Source: Spizellomyces punctatus DAOM BR117 (lineage: Eukaryota). Taken from it: a stretch of DNA of 31,024 nt. Made by a program: the position numbers and the translations under genes. The DNA lies in the NCBI GenBank assembly GCA_000182565.2, contig KQ257450.1; one strand, given 5' to 3'. Numbering within the stretch: position 1 is the first letter of the stretch; each line of letters starts with the position of its first letter. Below, one piece after another: positions 1-13,948 of the stretch. The notes below the pieces were generated by a model, which was given only the letters and a program-made list of their open reading frames with translations, searched no databases and had not been told where the DNA came from.

Positions 1-1462
1 ATTCGGTCGAAGTACCGAGAGAAACGCTCTGGATCCAGAGACTTTGAGAAGCAACGTGAAAGCCATAGATCGTCAGCTTCGCAAAGTCTTTGAAAATGCT
101 AAGAAGTATATGGAGAAGCGGGGTGCTCACGGCGTAGCGGAGTCGGAGATTCAGCCGGTGAAAGTACTGAACAATTTCGATTGGTTCAAGGATATTGGTG
201 TTCTCGAGTTTCTCAGCGACGTTGGAAGGCTGGCTAGGGTGTCGATTATGCTTTCAAGAGAAAGGTAAGAGCTCACACGGAGCATTTTAATGTGTTTCAA
301 GAATTCACCAAAATGCTGGGATTTTGTATTCAGCGTGCGAAGTCGACTCGACAGTCCTGAAGGGATAAGCTTCACGGAATTTTCGTATCAACTACTTCAA
401 GCATATGACTTCTACTACCTGTTTTCAAGGGAAAGATGCCGTGTGCAAATTGGCGGCAGTGATCAATGGGGCAACATCATGGCTGGCATGGATATCATCA
501 AGAGGAAGACCGGGAGGCCTGAAACGCAGGCCGCCGTAGACAGTGATTTAGAACGAGAACCAGCCGCGTTTGGACTGACCATTCCGCTGGTGACAACGGC
601 AACCGGCGAGAAATTTGGGAAGAGCGCGGGCAATGCAGTCTGGTTGGACGAAAACTTGGTCTCCCATTATGACTTTTACCAGGTAGAGTAATGCACGGTA
701 AACCTTTGGTGGACAAGCGGGAAAATGTAATCTGATGTCATCAAAAACAGTTCTTTCGGCGAACGCCGGACTCTGAAGTGCAGAAGTATCTTCGATATTT
801 CACCTTCCTCCCAGAAGAGGATATAGAGAAGCTGATGGTGCAACACACGGTAAGATTTCAAATTTGGCAGTATCTAATCAGTAACCTGACACTGCTGATT
901 TTGTGGAGAAGGTCACACCGGAAAAGCACATTCCTCAACGGACTTTGGCGCGAGAAGTGACAGAGCTAGTGCATGGAGGTGAGTGATCAGTAGGATTACT
1001 TTTTGAAATTGGAATCGTCGGCGGATTAATACTCCGTTATGCTATGGCAGACGACGCAGCACATAAAGCCCAAATAATGGCCGAAGTACTATTCGATGGA
1101 AACTTAGCCGAAACTCGAGGGGTTGATATACTCGCGGCGTTTTCTGGGGATGATCGACTAGCGGAGCTTCGCCGCACTGCTGTCATTGGAACAGATATCG
1201 TACAAGTGGCTCTAGCTTGTGGGGCAGTCAAATCCAAATGTAAGGGGGAGAGTAGCGCTTTTACCCGTGACGTCGACGGTGAGCTAACTATTCTATTCAT
1301 GCAGCTGCTGGCAGGAAATTGCTTGCGTCCGGGGGACTGTATTTGAATAACATGAAAGTCAACCCCAGTGGAAAAGTAATTGAAGAAGAAGATATGCTGG
1401 ATGGAGTCGTATTTTTGATCCGGACTGGAAAGAGCAATCATAGAGTGGTGAAGTTGGTTTAA
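1..1462 (+). CDS. MSY1: Mitochondrial tyrosyl-tRNA synthetase, 5'-truncated by window edge (introns ~265-333, 683-750, 850-911, 979-1050, 1240-1304)
   Basis: Spliced translation has [38 protein letters not shown]-type [20 protein letters not shown] and a C-terminal S4-like domain ([13 protein letters not shown]...[14 protein letters not shown]). TAA at 1460-1462. Confidence 0.95.
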
Positions 1463-1580
1463 ATGGCCTGGATAGATGCATATAGTGAACTCTCACGATT
1501 CTGTTTATTGTATTTCCGCATTAAATTAATTATAGGGAACGTAATGGGTTGCACTTCTGCGCTTCACGTAGGGATAAGAC

Positions 1581-2909
1581 TTATGGTATTGAATCAAAGT
1601 CTTCTGGAATATTGAACTGCTCATAGAATTGTTGCGATGAAATATTGAATGTCCGGGAGCAGTAAGACTGTAGGGCGAAGATATTATCTGTCCGCAGAAT
1701 GTTAGACCAGACATGCAAAGCCTGCCGTCACTACATGATACCAACCTGTCCATCGATTTGCCGCATCCTTGGCCACCCTTGTTGCTTTCTCTGTCGTAAG
1801 AGAAGTTTTTCAACCATATATCCAGGAATTCAGAGGACTCAATTGCATGCACCCACCTTTTGCTTCCAGCAGGGCGGGGTCACAGTCCCGAAATCGTTCT
1901 AACTCGGCGAGGTGTTCTTTTCGCAGTGATTCTGCTTCCGCTAGCTGACTCAAGAGGACAATTCTTTCATCCTGCCCAAATTAATTCGTCACGACAATTG
2001 AATCAATACAGCAGAAAAAATTAAGACTTACTGTCTTTTCCCGTCCACCTTGCGCTTCACTTATCGAAAGCTGAAGCTCATTTCGCTTTTCCTATAGGTA
2101 TCGAACGTCATTCTAACGTAACCCTTAAGTCACTACATGAGATCGACTCTTTACCTGTAGCTTGTTCACTTCGTCTTCTAGTTCATCAATCTTACGTTTC
2201 CTCTGATAGGTGGCATGTCAATCGGACAGATTCAATAGCAAACACGGGTAACGCTCCTCACAGTTTGAACAGCCGTACTCGGGAACGACCAGTAGTAATT
2301 GCTACAGTAGGAGAACTTAGCTTGAGCAGACAAGGGTTCAAACCAGTTGCATATTTTTTTACGATGAGAAGGCCTACCTGGTACCAATCTTTTCCACAGT
2401 TACAATATTATCTGACTGAACAAAAGGGTGAGACCTGTAATCACCGCTGCTGCAAATAGCGTATGTCACGTACAACAAGACTGTCCAGGACCTCCTTAAT
2501 GCTTTGTATAACTACAGAGTGGTAATTAGTATAGTAGCTTGTTTGCTTAGAAGATAAAGGAATATAAACCGGTGTAAGTACCTATTCCCTTCGACTTGGA
2601 AGCCAATTTTTCGACATCCTTCGAGATAATTGCCAGTTGAGTCTCGTACGCAAATGAACGGGATCGAGGGCACTTTCACCTTTAATTGCCAAAAGTCCTT
2701 CTATACAAGAGGTTAAATGATAAACGGAAAATGAACACTTTTGACGCTGTTGGTTTACCGTTTCGTAGAAAAACTCAGCCAATCGAGTACGCTTCTCTTC
2801 AAACGACAGCCCCTTCTTTTTGCTCTGCGAGATAGATTTGTGAGTAAAAGGAACAAGGCATGGCCTTTTTACAACGAAAGCGATCAAATAAGTGACAAGG
2901 TCTTACCAT
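1581..2909 (-). CDS. MND1: Meiotic nuclear division protein 1 (Hop2-Mnd1 complex), many small exons
   Basis: ATG|GTAAGA at 2909-2907, then SKKKGLSFEEKRTRLAEFFYET|KDFWQLK|DVEKLASKSKGI|VIQSIKEVLDSLV|SDNIVTVEKIGT|SNYYWSFPS, ending FNIPEDFDSIP* (stop 1583-1581). Confidence 0.93.
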
Positions 2910-3149
2910 GTTCAATACTGCGGACCTTTACAGAGGAAGCGGAACGATGGAGGTTCCCACAATTAATAGCGCAATTAAGCCAAAATTGGTTAAATGAAGT
3001 TGTTACGTCAAGCGATATGGATGTCCCCTTGTTCCCCTCCAACTCTTCCCCAGTAGCGCTCCATCGGTCTGCAAGTTTATTTTCAACCAGAGTTTCAAAC
3101 GCCCGTAACAAAGCACAGAGCAACGCTTTTGCAGGCGAATTGAATTACC

Positions 3150-5205
<2,056 letters not shown>

Positions 5206-5423
5206 ACAAGGGATGACCCCATCTGCAGATTACCGCTGGAGACAGGATGGATGATGTACGCCACTATGTGATAGCTGAAACCGAAAATTGGGTGTATATG
5301 TGCATAGCATCGAGAATATCTCTGTACTAATGCCAACATGCTCCAATGATACTATCTTACACTATTCTGGTGGTCGCGCTCTATACATATATATATACAC
5401 AAAATGCAGGTTGGAGTAGATGA

Positions 5424-6485
5424 CTAACTCTTCGGATGTTGGAGCATCATCAGCAGCATCGCCCCTTCCTCCGCTTCCGCGTCTATAGATGTATGGGTTG
5501 GAGAACATGCTCGGGAAGGTAACGGGGAGGGAGTAGGCGAAGGGAAATACGGATTGGTAGAATCTTTCGACTTCAAGTACGAGGTCCAGGGGTCCCGCTC
5601 GTACATGGATGGTATTCCTAGCTTCGCAAAGTACGCATTTGTTTCTTCGCGCAGTCGTTTGGTTAGAAGAGCACCGATATCATTACTAAGCCCAGGTGGT
5701 TGTTGCTTTGCACCAGACCCTAGATGACGACTCGTCGGAGTTTGAGTTGCCCTAACTTCTTTCTCTGAATAAACCTCAGTGGTAGCACCCGTTGACAGCG
5801 GAGAAATTGGTCCCACATCACTTCCGTATGCTGAATCCTGCTTTCTTGCTTTCGGAGTGCTGATGGTGTTGGCCCCAATAGTATTGTAAATTTTGCGGAT
5901 TTCCGGGAACGATTTCTCTGTCCAGCCGCGGGTCACTTTGAACTTCGCATATTCCAATCGCTTACGTAGGAGATTTGCAACCTTGGACACTTCAGCGCGT
6001 CGGAGGGCTTTATTCACCCTTCGGAGCTTCTCTTCGGCGCTTCTTTGTCGATTTCTGACTATCCTAGACTTGAATGCCTGCACAGTTTCTTCCTCATTCT
6101 CAGGACTGCTGCAAGCCCCAGCGGGAACCTTCATCCTGTGTTTGAGCGAAATAGCCTCATCGACCTTTTCGCTTGAGTGTGGTGACCCATGTAAGGCATC
6201 CTAGAGTGAATGGTATCAGTAGCAAGAATCGGAAGTGCGAAGGAACCCATATGAATTTACCGATATCAATACAGTATCGATAGAAGATGCAGGGATTTTT
6301 CGACACTGGAAAACAGAGCAGGTACGCTTGCATTAGTGATGACATCGATCGCGGCTGAACGATAGCTTCACACTCTGCGAAACACGAGGGAACGTGACGA
6401 CAAAGCGAGCAGGAGGGGAATACCTCCTTCTTTCACAGTCTCCTCCAACAGAAACATATCTTACCTTTTGATCTGACGACGCCAT
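5424..6485 (-). CDS. Whi5/Nrm1-family G1/S transcriptional repressor-like protein (exons ~6485-6465, 6306-6262, 6200-5424)
   Basis: Contains LLRKRLEYAKFKVTRGWTEKSFPEI, matching the Whi5/Nrm1 GTB motif LxxRLxxAxxKVxxGW. Otherwise low-complexity with ~9 S/T-P sites. Two small upstream exons splice in phase 0; the 5' exons are less certain. Confidence 0.72.
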
Positions 6486-6905
6486 ATGACAGGTAGGAAA
6501 CAAGACAAATGCGGGACGTGACAGGTGGAGCAGTTACAGAAATTCACGTCAAACGGAAAGGAAAAAATAGAACGTCGGTGTGTTCTTTCACCCCAAGAGT
6601 GCTAAATATTGACACGAAAAGTCGTAACCAGAGGTTTTGATAATGTGGGCTATGTGGTGCCGAATGTGCAGCAGGTGAATGCAAAAGTAAGTCGGTCGGT
6701 GCAGGTGGAAAAAAAGGCCGAGAACTGCAACAAGTAACACGCATTTCGCGTCGCGTTTTGGCTTTTCGCACATGTGGCTTGGCTTCGAGTTTGTCATATG
6801 ACTTCATGTGATCCGCTGACAACTGGAGGATCTGGAGCACTGAGCGAGTGCCTACCAGCTATTGGCGAATGAAACGAGCCTGGATGGATTTACCTTGTGA
6901 ACTTC
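6486..6905. promoter_or_regulatory. Divergent promoter region between the Whi5/Nrm1-like gene and LSM1, with SCB/E2F-like sites
   Basis: CACGAAA at 6613-6619, TTTCGCGTCGCGTTTT at 6744-6759, TCACGTCA at 6544-6551. Confidence 0.45.
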
Positions 6906-7616
6906 ATGGATAACTTTTTACCCGGTTCAGCCAGTCTTGTGGACTGCGTAGACAGTATGTTGCCATTGTGAACTGTGCTGCTCATGTCTCTGGGGTCTTG
7001 GATGTACGGCGTGGCTTTTTCAACCGACGATCGCAAATAACCCCGCTCTATTCTGTCCCGCACTCTGTCCCTCACTGTACTTTCATTTTCCTATCTCACA
7101 GAGAAGTTACTAGTAATACTACGTGACAGCAGGAAACTTATAGGATGGCTCCGCTCATATGATCAGTTTGGTATGTACGCACATCCTCGTTTGTTTGACG
7201 TCACCTTCACTCACAGCTTCCCTGGCGGCGATTTCAAAAGCGAATCTAGTATTGCAGGATACCGTGGAAAGAACGTATGTTGGTGATTCTTATGGAGAAG
7301 TATATCGAGGCATATTCGTAATTCGGGGAGAAAATGTGGTCCTATTGGGTGAAATTGTAGGTTATGAAAAGATGAAAGCTTTGGATGTTGATCGCCGTGA
7401 TGTCAAGTATACTGTGATTGATACCACTTGTACTTCCAGGACAAGGAGAAGGAGGCAGCGGCAATAGGAATGCTGCGACAGTTACCCGTGGAGGAAATTA
7501 AAGAGCTGCACAAGCGAGAGATGGACATAAAAAGGCAAACTGACAAAGCAAGAAGTCGTGTGTTACAGGAAAGAGGGTTCAGTGTGGATGGCCAGGAGCA
7601 GAATGATCAATATTAA
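6906..7616 (+). CDS. LSM1: Sm-like protein Lsm1 (mRNA decapping activator)
   Basis: [50 protein letters not shown]...[16 protein letters not shown], then a C-terminal helical extension ending NDQY*. Confidence 0.93.
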
Positions 7617-7663
7617 ATTCCATCCATAATAATTAACAAATATCCAAAGATATCCAAAAACTG

Positions 7664-10600
7664 TTAAGCCTCCTCTTCACTATCTTCAACTGCAGCTTTG
7701 GTCCCTTTGCTCAGCCGTGGACGTTTGAAATGTACATCATCGTCCTCCGATTCTACGGGCGTGCCATTGTGTGATAATCTCTCATCAGATGATGCTTGTG
7801 CATTCTCCTGATCACTCTCTGCCACTCTTTTCCGTTTAGAGCCGCTTTGACTGTCGTCTTCACCACTATTCTCGGGGTCTTGCCTTTTAGGGCTATTTGG
7901 TACCTCTTCTTCATCTTCGCTATCCTCCACAAACTCGCTAGAAAGATTGGAACGGATTCCGACACGCTTCGCGGTTCGAGATGGGTTGACCTCATTTAGT
8001 TCACCATCGCTATCATCCGCTGTGTTTGCCCGTTTTTGATCTGCTTTCTTTCGCATCCGGCGTCTGCATCGGCCGTAGAATGATGAATGCTAACCATTTC
8101 CGATTGCCTTCATGAACATCACTCTCACCTTTTGTCATTCTTCTGCGGCTCATTATCGCTATCTGATGGTGATACTTCACGCACACGCTTACTTCCTTTT
8201 GATTTCCTTTTGTTTACTTCCATCTCTTTTTCCTCCTCATCAAGCTGCCGTGAGCGAGCCATGTCTTCCTGCAGCTTGGCCTGGATCTCCGCCCGGCGAC
8301 GCTCTCGTTCTTCTTCCTGGTGTCGTCGTAGCTCTTGCTCTTCCCGCTGAATTTATTGTTTCAGTTTCAGAACATGTAGTACAGGAAACTATGAACAGCG
8401 CTCACCTCCTTCTGTAGTTTCTGCTCCTCTCGCAGCCGTTGTTCTTCCCTGATCCGTTCTTTCCTTTCCTCTCTTTGTCTCTCCAATGTGGCAGTCTCAT
8501 GGATTTTCTTTTCAGATAGCTTTCGTACATCTTTACAATAAGTCTTACGATGCATCGCATGAGTAATATTGTAATTTGGTCGATGTTCTGGATCTCTCGA
8601 TGCAAGTGCAGTGAATATCCTGATAGAAACCATCAGGCTTTAGTAAAAATCGCACTTCCATAGGCGACAGAGAGCACCAACTTCTCAGCGGTTTCGATTC
8701 CCTCTGTTGCTCTATGCATTGCAGCGAGATTTCTTCTTTCTATCGGTTGATCATTAAGTACAACAGCCATGTGCTGCTTTACTAAGGCAAGGTTGAAGAA
8801 AATCGCTGCATCGCTAGGATTCAACTTTGCTGCCTAATGAAGACGTTGTAGTCGTGTGAACAATATGAAAGTGTTAGGGGAAACCTGAAGAGGAACTCCT
8901 CAAACATACCTTTTGCACCCATTGGAGGGCGGAGTGCATAGCCGCATCGTCCTTGCGCTCCCTAGCTAAGATATAATACGCGCGGGCTAAAGATTGCAAA
9001 ACGTACGAATCTTGACCGAAACCCTTTTTCAAGGCTTTCTCGTACTACAGGTGCATAAACCGTGTTATTGAACTTGGCGAGCAAGCGAATGAAGAAAGCT
9101 CGTAGCGCACCAATGGTATTGCAATTTTTGCGTCTTTCTCATCAAGGGCAAGCAGAATATGAGCAAGGTTGAGCGCTGCAGAGGGAAGGTCTCCAGTAGC
9201 TTGTTCAACCTAGAGGACGAGCCAAGGGTACATTTTAGGACCCGATTCAAACAGAGCCCTTGTATATCTGATTCTACAAGTGATGTCGTGATACTTACTT
9301 GGCTGAAGATAGTGTATGCGTCCCGTAATTGTCCCACCTCCGTGAACAAAATTCCCATGCCTATTGCTGCTTGTACACATTTCGGGTCATGTTTTAGAGC
9401 GGCATCATACAACCTGTGGGCCCGCACTATCAGTTCGTCTCTCTAAATCAGATGAAACTTCATGTGAATAAAGAAACAGACGTAGGTATGTGTCCAACCG
9501 ACCTCTTTGGGATCCTGTCGCGCGGCTGATCGTGCTAATCCAACTTGTACATTGCCAAGAGCGCACAAGGCGTATATATTCTGATTATCAATCGACTTCA
9601 AGACAGAATCGAAGGCTCTTTTTGCTTCGACTCTCTTTCCAGCCAACGAACACGCCCTTCCGATCAGCAACCGGGATTCAGCGTGCTGAGGATCAGCATC
9701 GGCGACAAGTTTAAAATGCTCCAGAGCGTCCTCAAACCGGCCCTCGTCACAATATATTGCGCCAAGGCGCAACCGAGCTAATAGGACGAGATATTTCGGT
9801 TAATGGAGCCAGACAGAATAGAACATTACAGGGAACTCCCACCGTCTGTGTAGGCGGGATATTGCTCCAAAATTTGCTTGTAGGCGTCTACGGCCTGGCG
9901 TAGCTCGCCCTTCGCCTCCAGCAGGCGTGCTTGGTTATACTGCACGGTGGCTTTAGTCATCGTCGCCGCCCGGCGGAACCCGTCACCCACGTCAGATTGA
10001 TTCGCGGCACTGAGGGCTAGGTTATAGAATTTGTCTGCAGAGATCAAGAGTTCGTCCTTGGTACGTGGTTCGCTGTTGGCGTCGGTGCTACCATTTGCCT
10101 GAACACCGTCCTTGATATTTTCAACACTCTTACGTGTCGCATCTTCTGTGCTCTCCGCAAGCAATTGGTGTAGGACGGCCATGTTATTGTACAATTCGGG
10201 TGGTATTTGGATACCGCGAGCCTGCAGCTTCTCTAGAGATCGACGGTATACTGAGCGGTCACGGTAACCAGAACCAATGTTAATATGCTGAACAGAGGTC
10301 ATCCGATGCACCGTACTTACAGCTGGCCGAGCGCTTGATGCTAGCTGACTCCAAAGCTCTACCGACGTCAATTAGAACGTTTGGATCATCCACAGCATCT
10401 TCGTCCTTGTTTGAATCGAGGGTATCTAGACTATGCCCTCCACCTGACGATCTACTGAATTTATCAAAGAGCTCCACCGCAGTAGTTCTGCGGGTCGGCA
10501 TCTGGGCATACAAGGAAACCAATCGCTACGACCTCATGAATTAGCGCGCATTGCTGCATGCATTCGTGCGACATAGCGAATATTCACCATCATGGCTTCG

Positions 10601-12268
10601 GTATTTTGCGGTTCTTTCTGCAAAATTCGTTCCAGCGTCTGGCAAGCATTTTCTGTTTGCCCTAAAGAATGCATGTTGTTTCAGCATGCCTTGACCTACC
10701 GAACCAGTTACTGACAATCAGAGAAGAATGCGTACCTTTGAAGATTTGCATGGCCGCAAGTCCGTATAGAATAGAGACCGAGGATGGATCCAGCGCGGCC
10801 GCCTTTTCAAATAGTTGTAGAGCTTCGTTATACTTGCGCTGTTTGCCAACTTCAGACTACTTAAACTCTTAAGTTATTAGCCTGATGCAGTCGACTCACC
10901 ATCGCTTGCAGCGCCCGGGCTTTGCAAGTTAAGCCTTCTGCGCGGAGCCGTGTGACGTCTGTACGTTGCAGAACCATGTCTGCATACCTAATGCACTGGG
11001 GAAGATGTTCAGATGTTGGTCAACATGTAAAACGTCGCCACCATCGCTAAATGATATACCTCAGTGTACTCTTTACGTAGCAACTTCCGGTAGGCCATTT
11101 GACATGCCAGTAGCGGGTGCCTCTTATTTGTACGATATACTTTCAGGAGTTTGGCATTAGCTGATGTGGATAGACGGCGTTTGTCGTCTGAGACCGCCTC
11201 AGGCCCTCGGCACACATTCCAGTCCAGAATCGCCAGCAGAATCAGGGCGTCTGCATTGTTCGGATCCTTATACAAAGTCAAATATTAGATGCGAACTGGT
11301 TTAATGATAAGGAGCTTTAATTCTACCAATTGCAAGGCGCGCTCCAGTGCCTTGCGTGACTGGGTGGTAGCACCCAACTTGTAGTAGCATATACCAATAG
11401 GGACCCTGACGTCCGGCTGCAGGTCAGGTTTTATGGACAGTACTTTTTGGTAGAGTTCCAAGGCCTTATCAAAGTCTCCCTTGAGACAGCGAACAGATGC
11501 CTGGATTTATCGGAATTAGAGAGGCATGCCACAGTGTGCATTGACATTGAAACACACCTCTCCAAGTAAAGCTGGGACACACGTCGAATCCCTCGACAGA
11601 GCGCCTTGGAAGGAATTAGAGGCTTCATCGTACTCCCTTCTCACAAGTCGAATATTGCCTGCATTGCCGTGAGCCGAAGGTAGGGTCTGTCAACGTCCCC
11701 AACTCCGACAATTTACCTGACGCCACAATAGCATACACATCTTGATTATCGAGACTCAATGCTTCGTTAAGAAGCTCCGTCGCCTGCAATATGCACTGGT
11801 TCGCTGTTAATCTGTCCGGGTTGTCATTCGCGTATTCGCTGTCCGCAGGGAGGGACTTGGCGGTTTCTATATAGTACGAAGCCAAGAGATTCAGCAATAG
11901 GACCTGATGCTTTTGTTCCACTGGTCCCGCCTCTAAAATGAGAAGACGTTAGAGCGACCATAACATAGCAAACTGATCTCAGTTCACGTACCTCGGGGAG
12001 CTCTTCGTAACCCGGTCCTGACGACTTCCTCGAACTGGTGTCTCAAGCCTTGTTTCCAGTATTCCAACTAGTAAGTAGAAACCTGTCAGCATCGCAATAG
12101 CTACTCAATTATAGAGATCAGTAGCAATACCGCAATATCAACATAAACCCATAGCGGAACGGCTTCGTCGTTCAGGATACTGAACACGAAAGACTCATTC
12201 TCTTTCAGATCACGTCGGCTGACCTCTAGCACTTCACCGCCATGGCCGATGGGGATATCTATCGACAT
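7664..12268 (-). CDS. CTR9: Paf1 complex TPR scaffold Ctr9, multi-exon
   Basis: N-terminus MSIDIPIGHGGEVLEV, many TPRs (PDVRVPIGICYYKLG, IPPELYNNMAVLH, TVQYNQARLLE, NIYALCALGN, AAIGMGILF, FFNLALVKQ), coiled coil, and an acidic/basic tail with LSSEFVEDSEDEE. Confidence 0.9.
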
Positions 12269-12436
12269 TCTTCTTCACGATAGAATAACCAACCAGTCTA
12301 GAACAAGCGTCAGATGTATTTCGGATGCAAGTGCTGAGCCACACATGTACACGTCGCGCACTTAACCAAACGCCCGCCGCACATCAACCTTGCAAGTCAT
12401 CACCGTCCAATACCTTTGACGTAACTCCTCGTGCTG

Positions 12437-12519
12437 GTAAGGTCACTTGGTCCACCTCCTGTCCACGTCAGTTTTCCTGAACGCCGTTACCTTATGCTCA
12501 CTGCTGTGTTCGTCCCAAG
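12437..12519 (+). other. Probable 5'-UTR intron of ARPC2
   Basis: GTAAGG donor at 12437, GCTCAC branch-like site ~12496, AAG acceptor ending 12519, 8 nt before the ATG at 12528. Confidence 0.55.
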
Positions 12520-12527
12520 TTGCCATC

Positions 12528-13757
12528 ATGTTGATCGACCTCCAGCCTTCAAACAGGATCTTAGAAGAGGCATTGAGGGAACGCTTCAATGGGTATGTGA
12601 CTATGACCTCGGCAACTATCTTGTTCCCATATTCGTTTCGTTAACCAATCATATACCGGTACTCTATAGCGAGGCAGAAAAACTCCAGCTGAAAGTAGCA
12701 GACTTCGATGGCGTGAAATATAGACTGTCGACTCCAGAAAGCAAAACCGTGCTGAATATCAGCATGGCTATGCGGTGCTTTGGCGAACTTCAACGCTATG
12801 GCGCGGACGCGGTCCTTCGCAGGGAATATGGTGATATGCTCGAGTCTACTCCGGAGAGCGGCTTTGATGTTACAGTGCGAGTGGACTTGCAAAATTTACC
12901 TCAGGATAAAGGTATAGAGTACTTTTACTATGTATTGTGCGCTGTATATTGACCCTGCCCTGTCTCTTATCCAGAAAGCTTGGTTCGGAAGCTCTCTCTC
13001 TTGAAGCGGAACGCGCTTGCCGCGCCTTTCGAAATAGCATTCAATGCACAACTCGAAGGCAGAGACTCCGAATTGATGACCATTCATTATCGAGATGAAG
13101 AAGCTTATTATATAAAAGCGCAGCATGATCGAGTTACTGTGATTTTCTCCACCATCTTCAAGGAAGAGACCGACCGCATATTTGGGAAAGTGTTCTTGCA
13201 GGTACGAGAACATTCAAGGCTGTTACATTGGTCTGTATACTCAAAGATGTCCTTCTGCTATTCAGGAGTTTGTGGACGCCCGTCGCTCTCCGGCGACACA
13301 GAACGCACCACAGGTACTGTACAGCCCACGCGAACCGCCAATGGAGTTACGTGGAGTACCAGGTGTTCAAGAGTCGGACTGGGTTGGTTATGTGACATTC
13401 GGTAAGATATCCAATATAAAATAGCGGAAACAAGCTACTGAATGTACTCTCGCTGTAGTTTTATTCCCTCGTCACTTTACTGGACCGGCTGCGGAGGGAT
13501 GTATCTCTCGTATAGAACTCTTCCGCGATTATTTGCATTACCACATCAAGGCTTCAAAGGCATACATGCACTCGCGAATGAGGACAAGAGTAGACTCATT
13601 TTTGAAAGTCCTCAATCGAGCGAAACCTGAACAACCAGATAGCCAGAAGGAAAAGAAAACTGCCAGGTGAATAGAAATGCGCACAGTCTGGAGTCTCGAA
13701 AATGTATTGACATTCACAAACTGTTATTACAGCGGCAAAACATTTAAACGTTCCTGA
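12528..13757 (+). CDS. ARPC2: Arp2/3 complex subunit 2 (p34/Arc35)
   Basis: [107 protein letters not shown], ending SGKTFKRS*. Confidence 0.96.
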
Positions 13758-13948
13758 AGTGTCAGAACCACCTTGCTGCACAATAGCAGCCTTTGGGTTA
13801 TAAAGTTTCTACTCCTTAAATTCCGCAGACCTCCCTGTTTATATAAGCACAATTATATTCCTCTTTGGAACAAACCCTGCACATTTCTTCCTCCAAAATA
13901 TGTAACAAAATCAAATTTGACAGCAGGTATCTAAACAAAACAACGTGC

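Noticed and set aside
5382-5400. Short (TA)n tract between the protease and the Whi5-like gene
   Set aside because: Too short to call a repeat, and typical of 3'-end intergenic DNA.
7125-7150. Lsm1 Sm1 motif reads RDSRKLIGW instead of the usual RDGR
   Set aside because: A single substitution in an otherwise canonical protein, with no basis for a functional claim.
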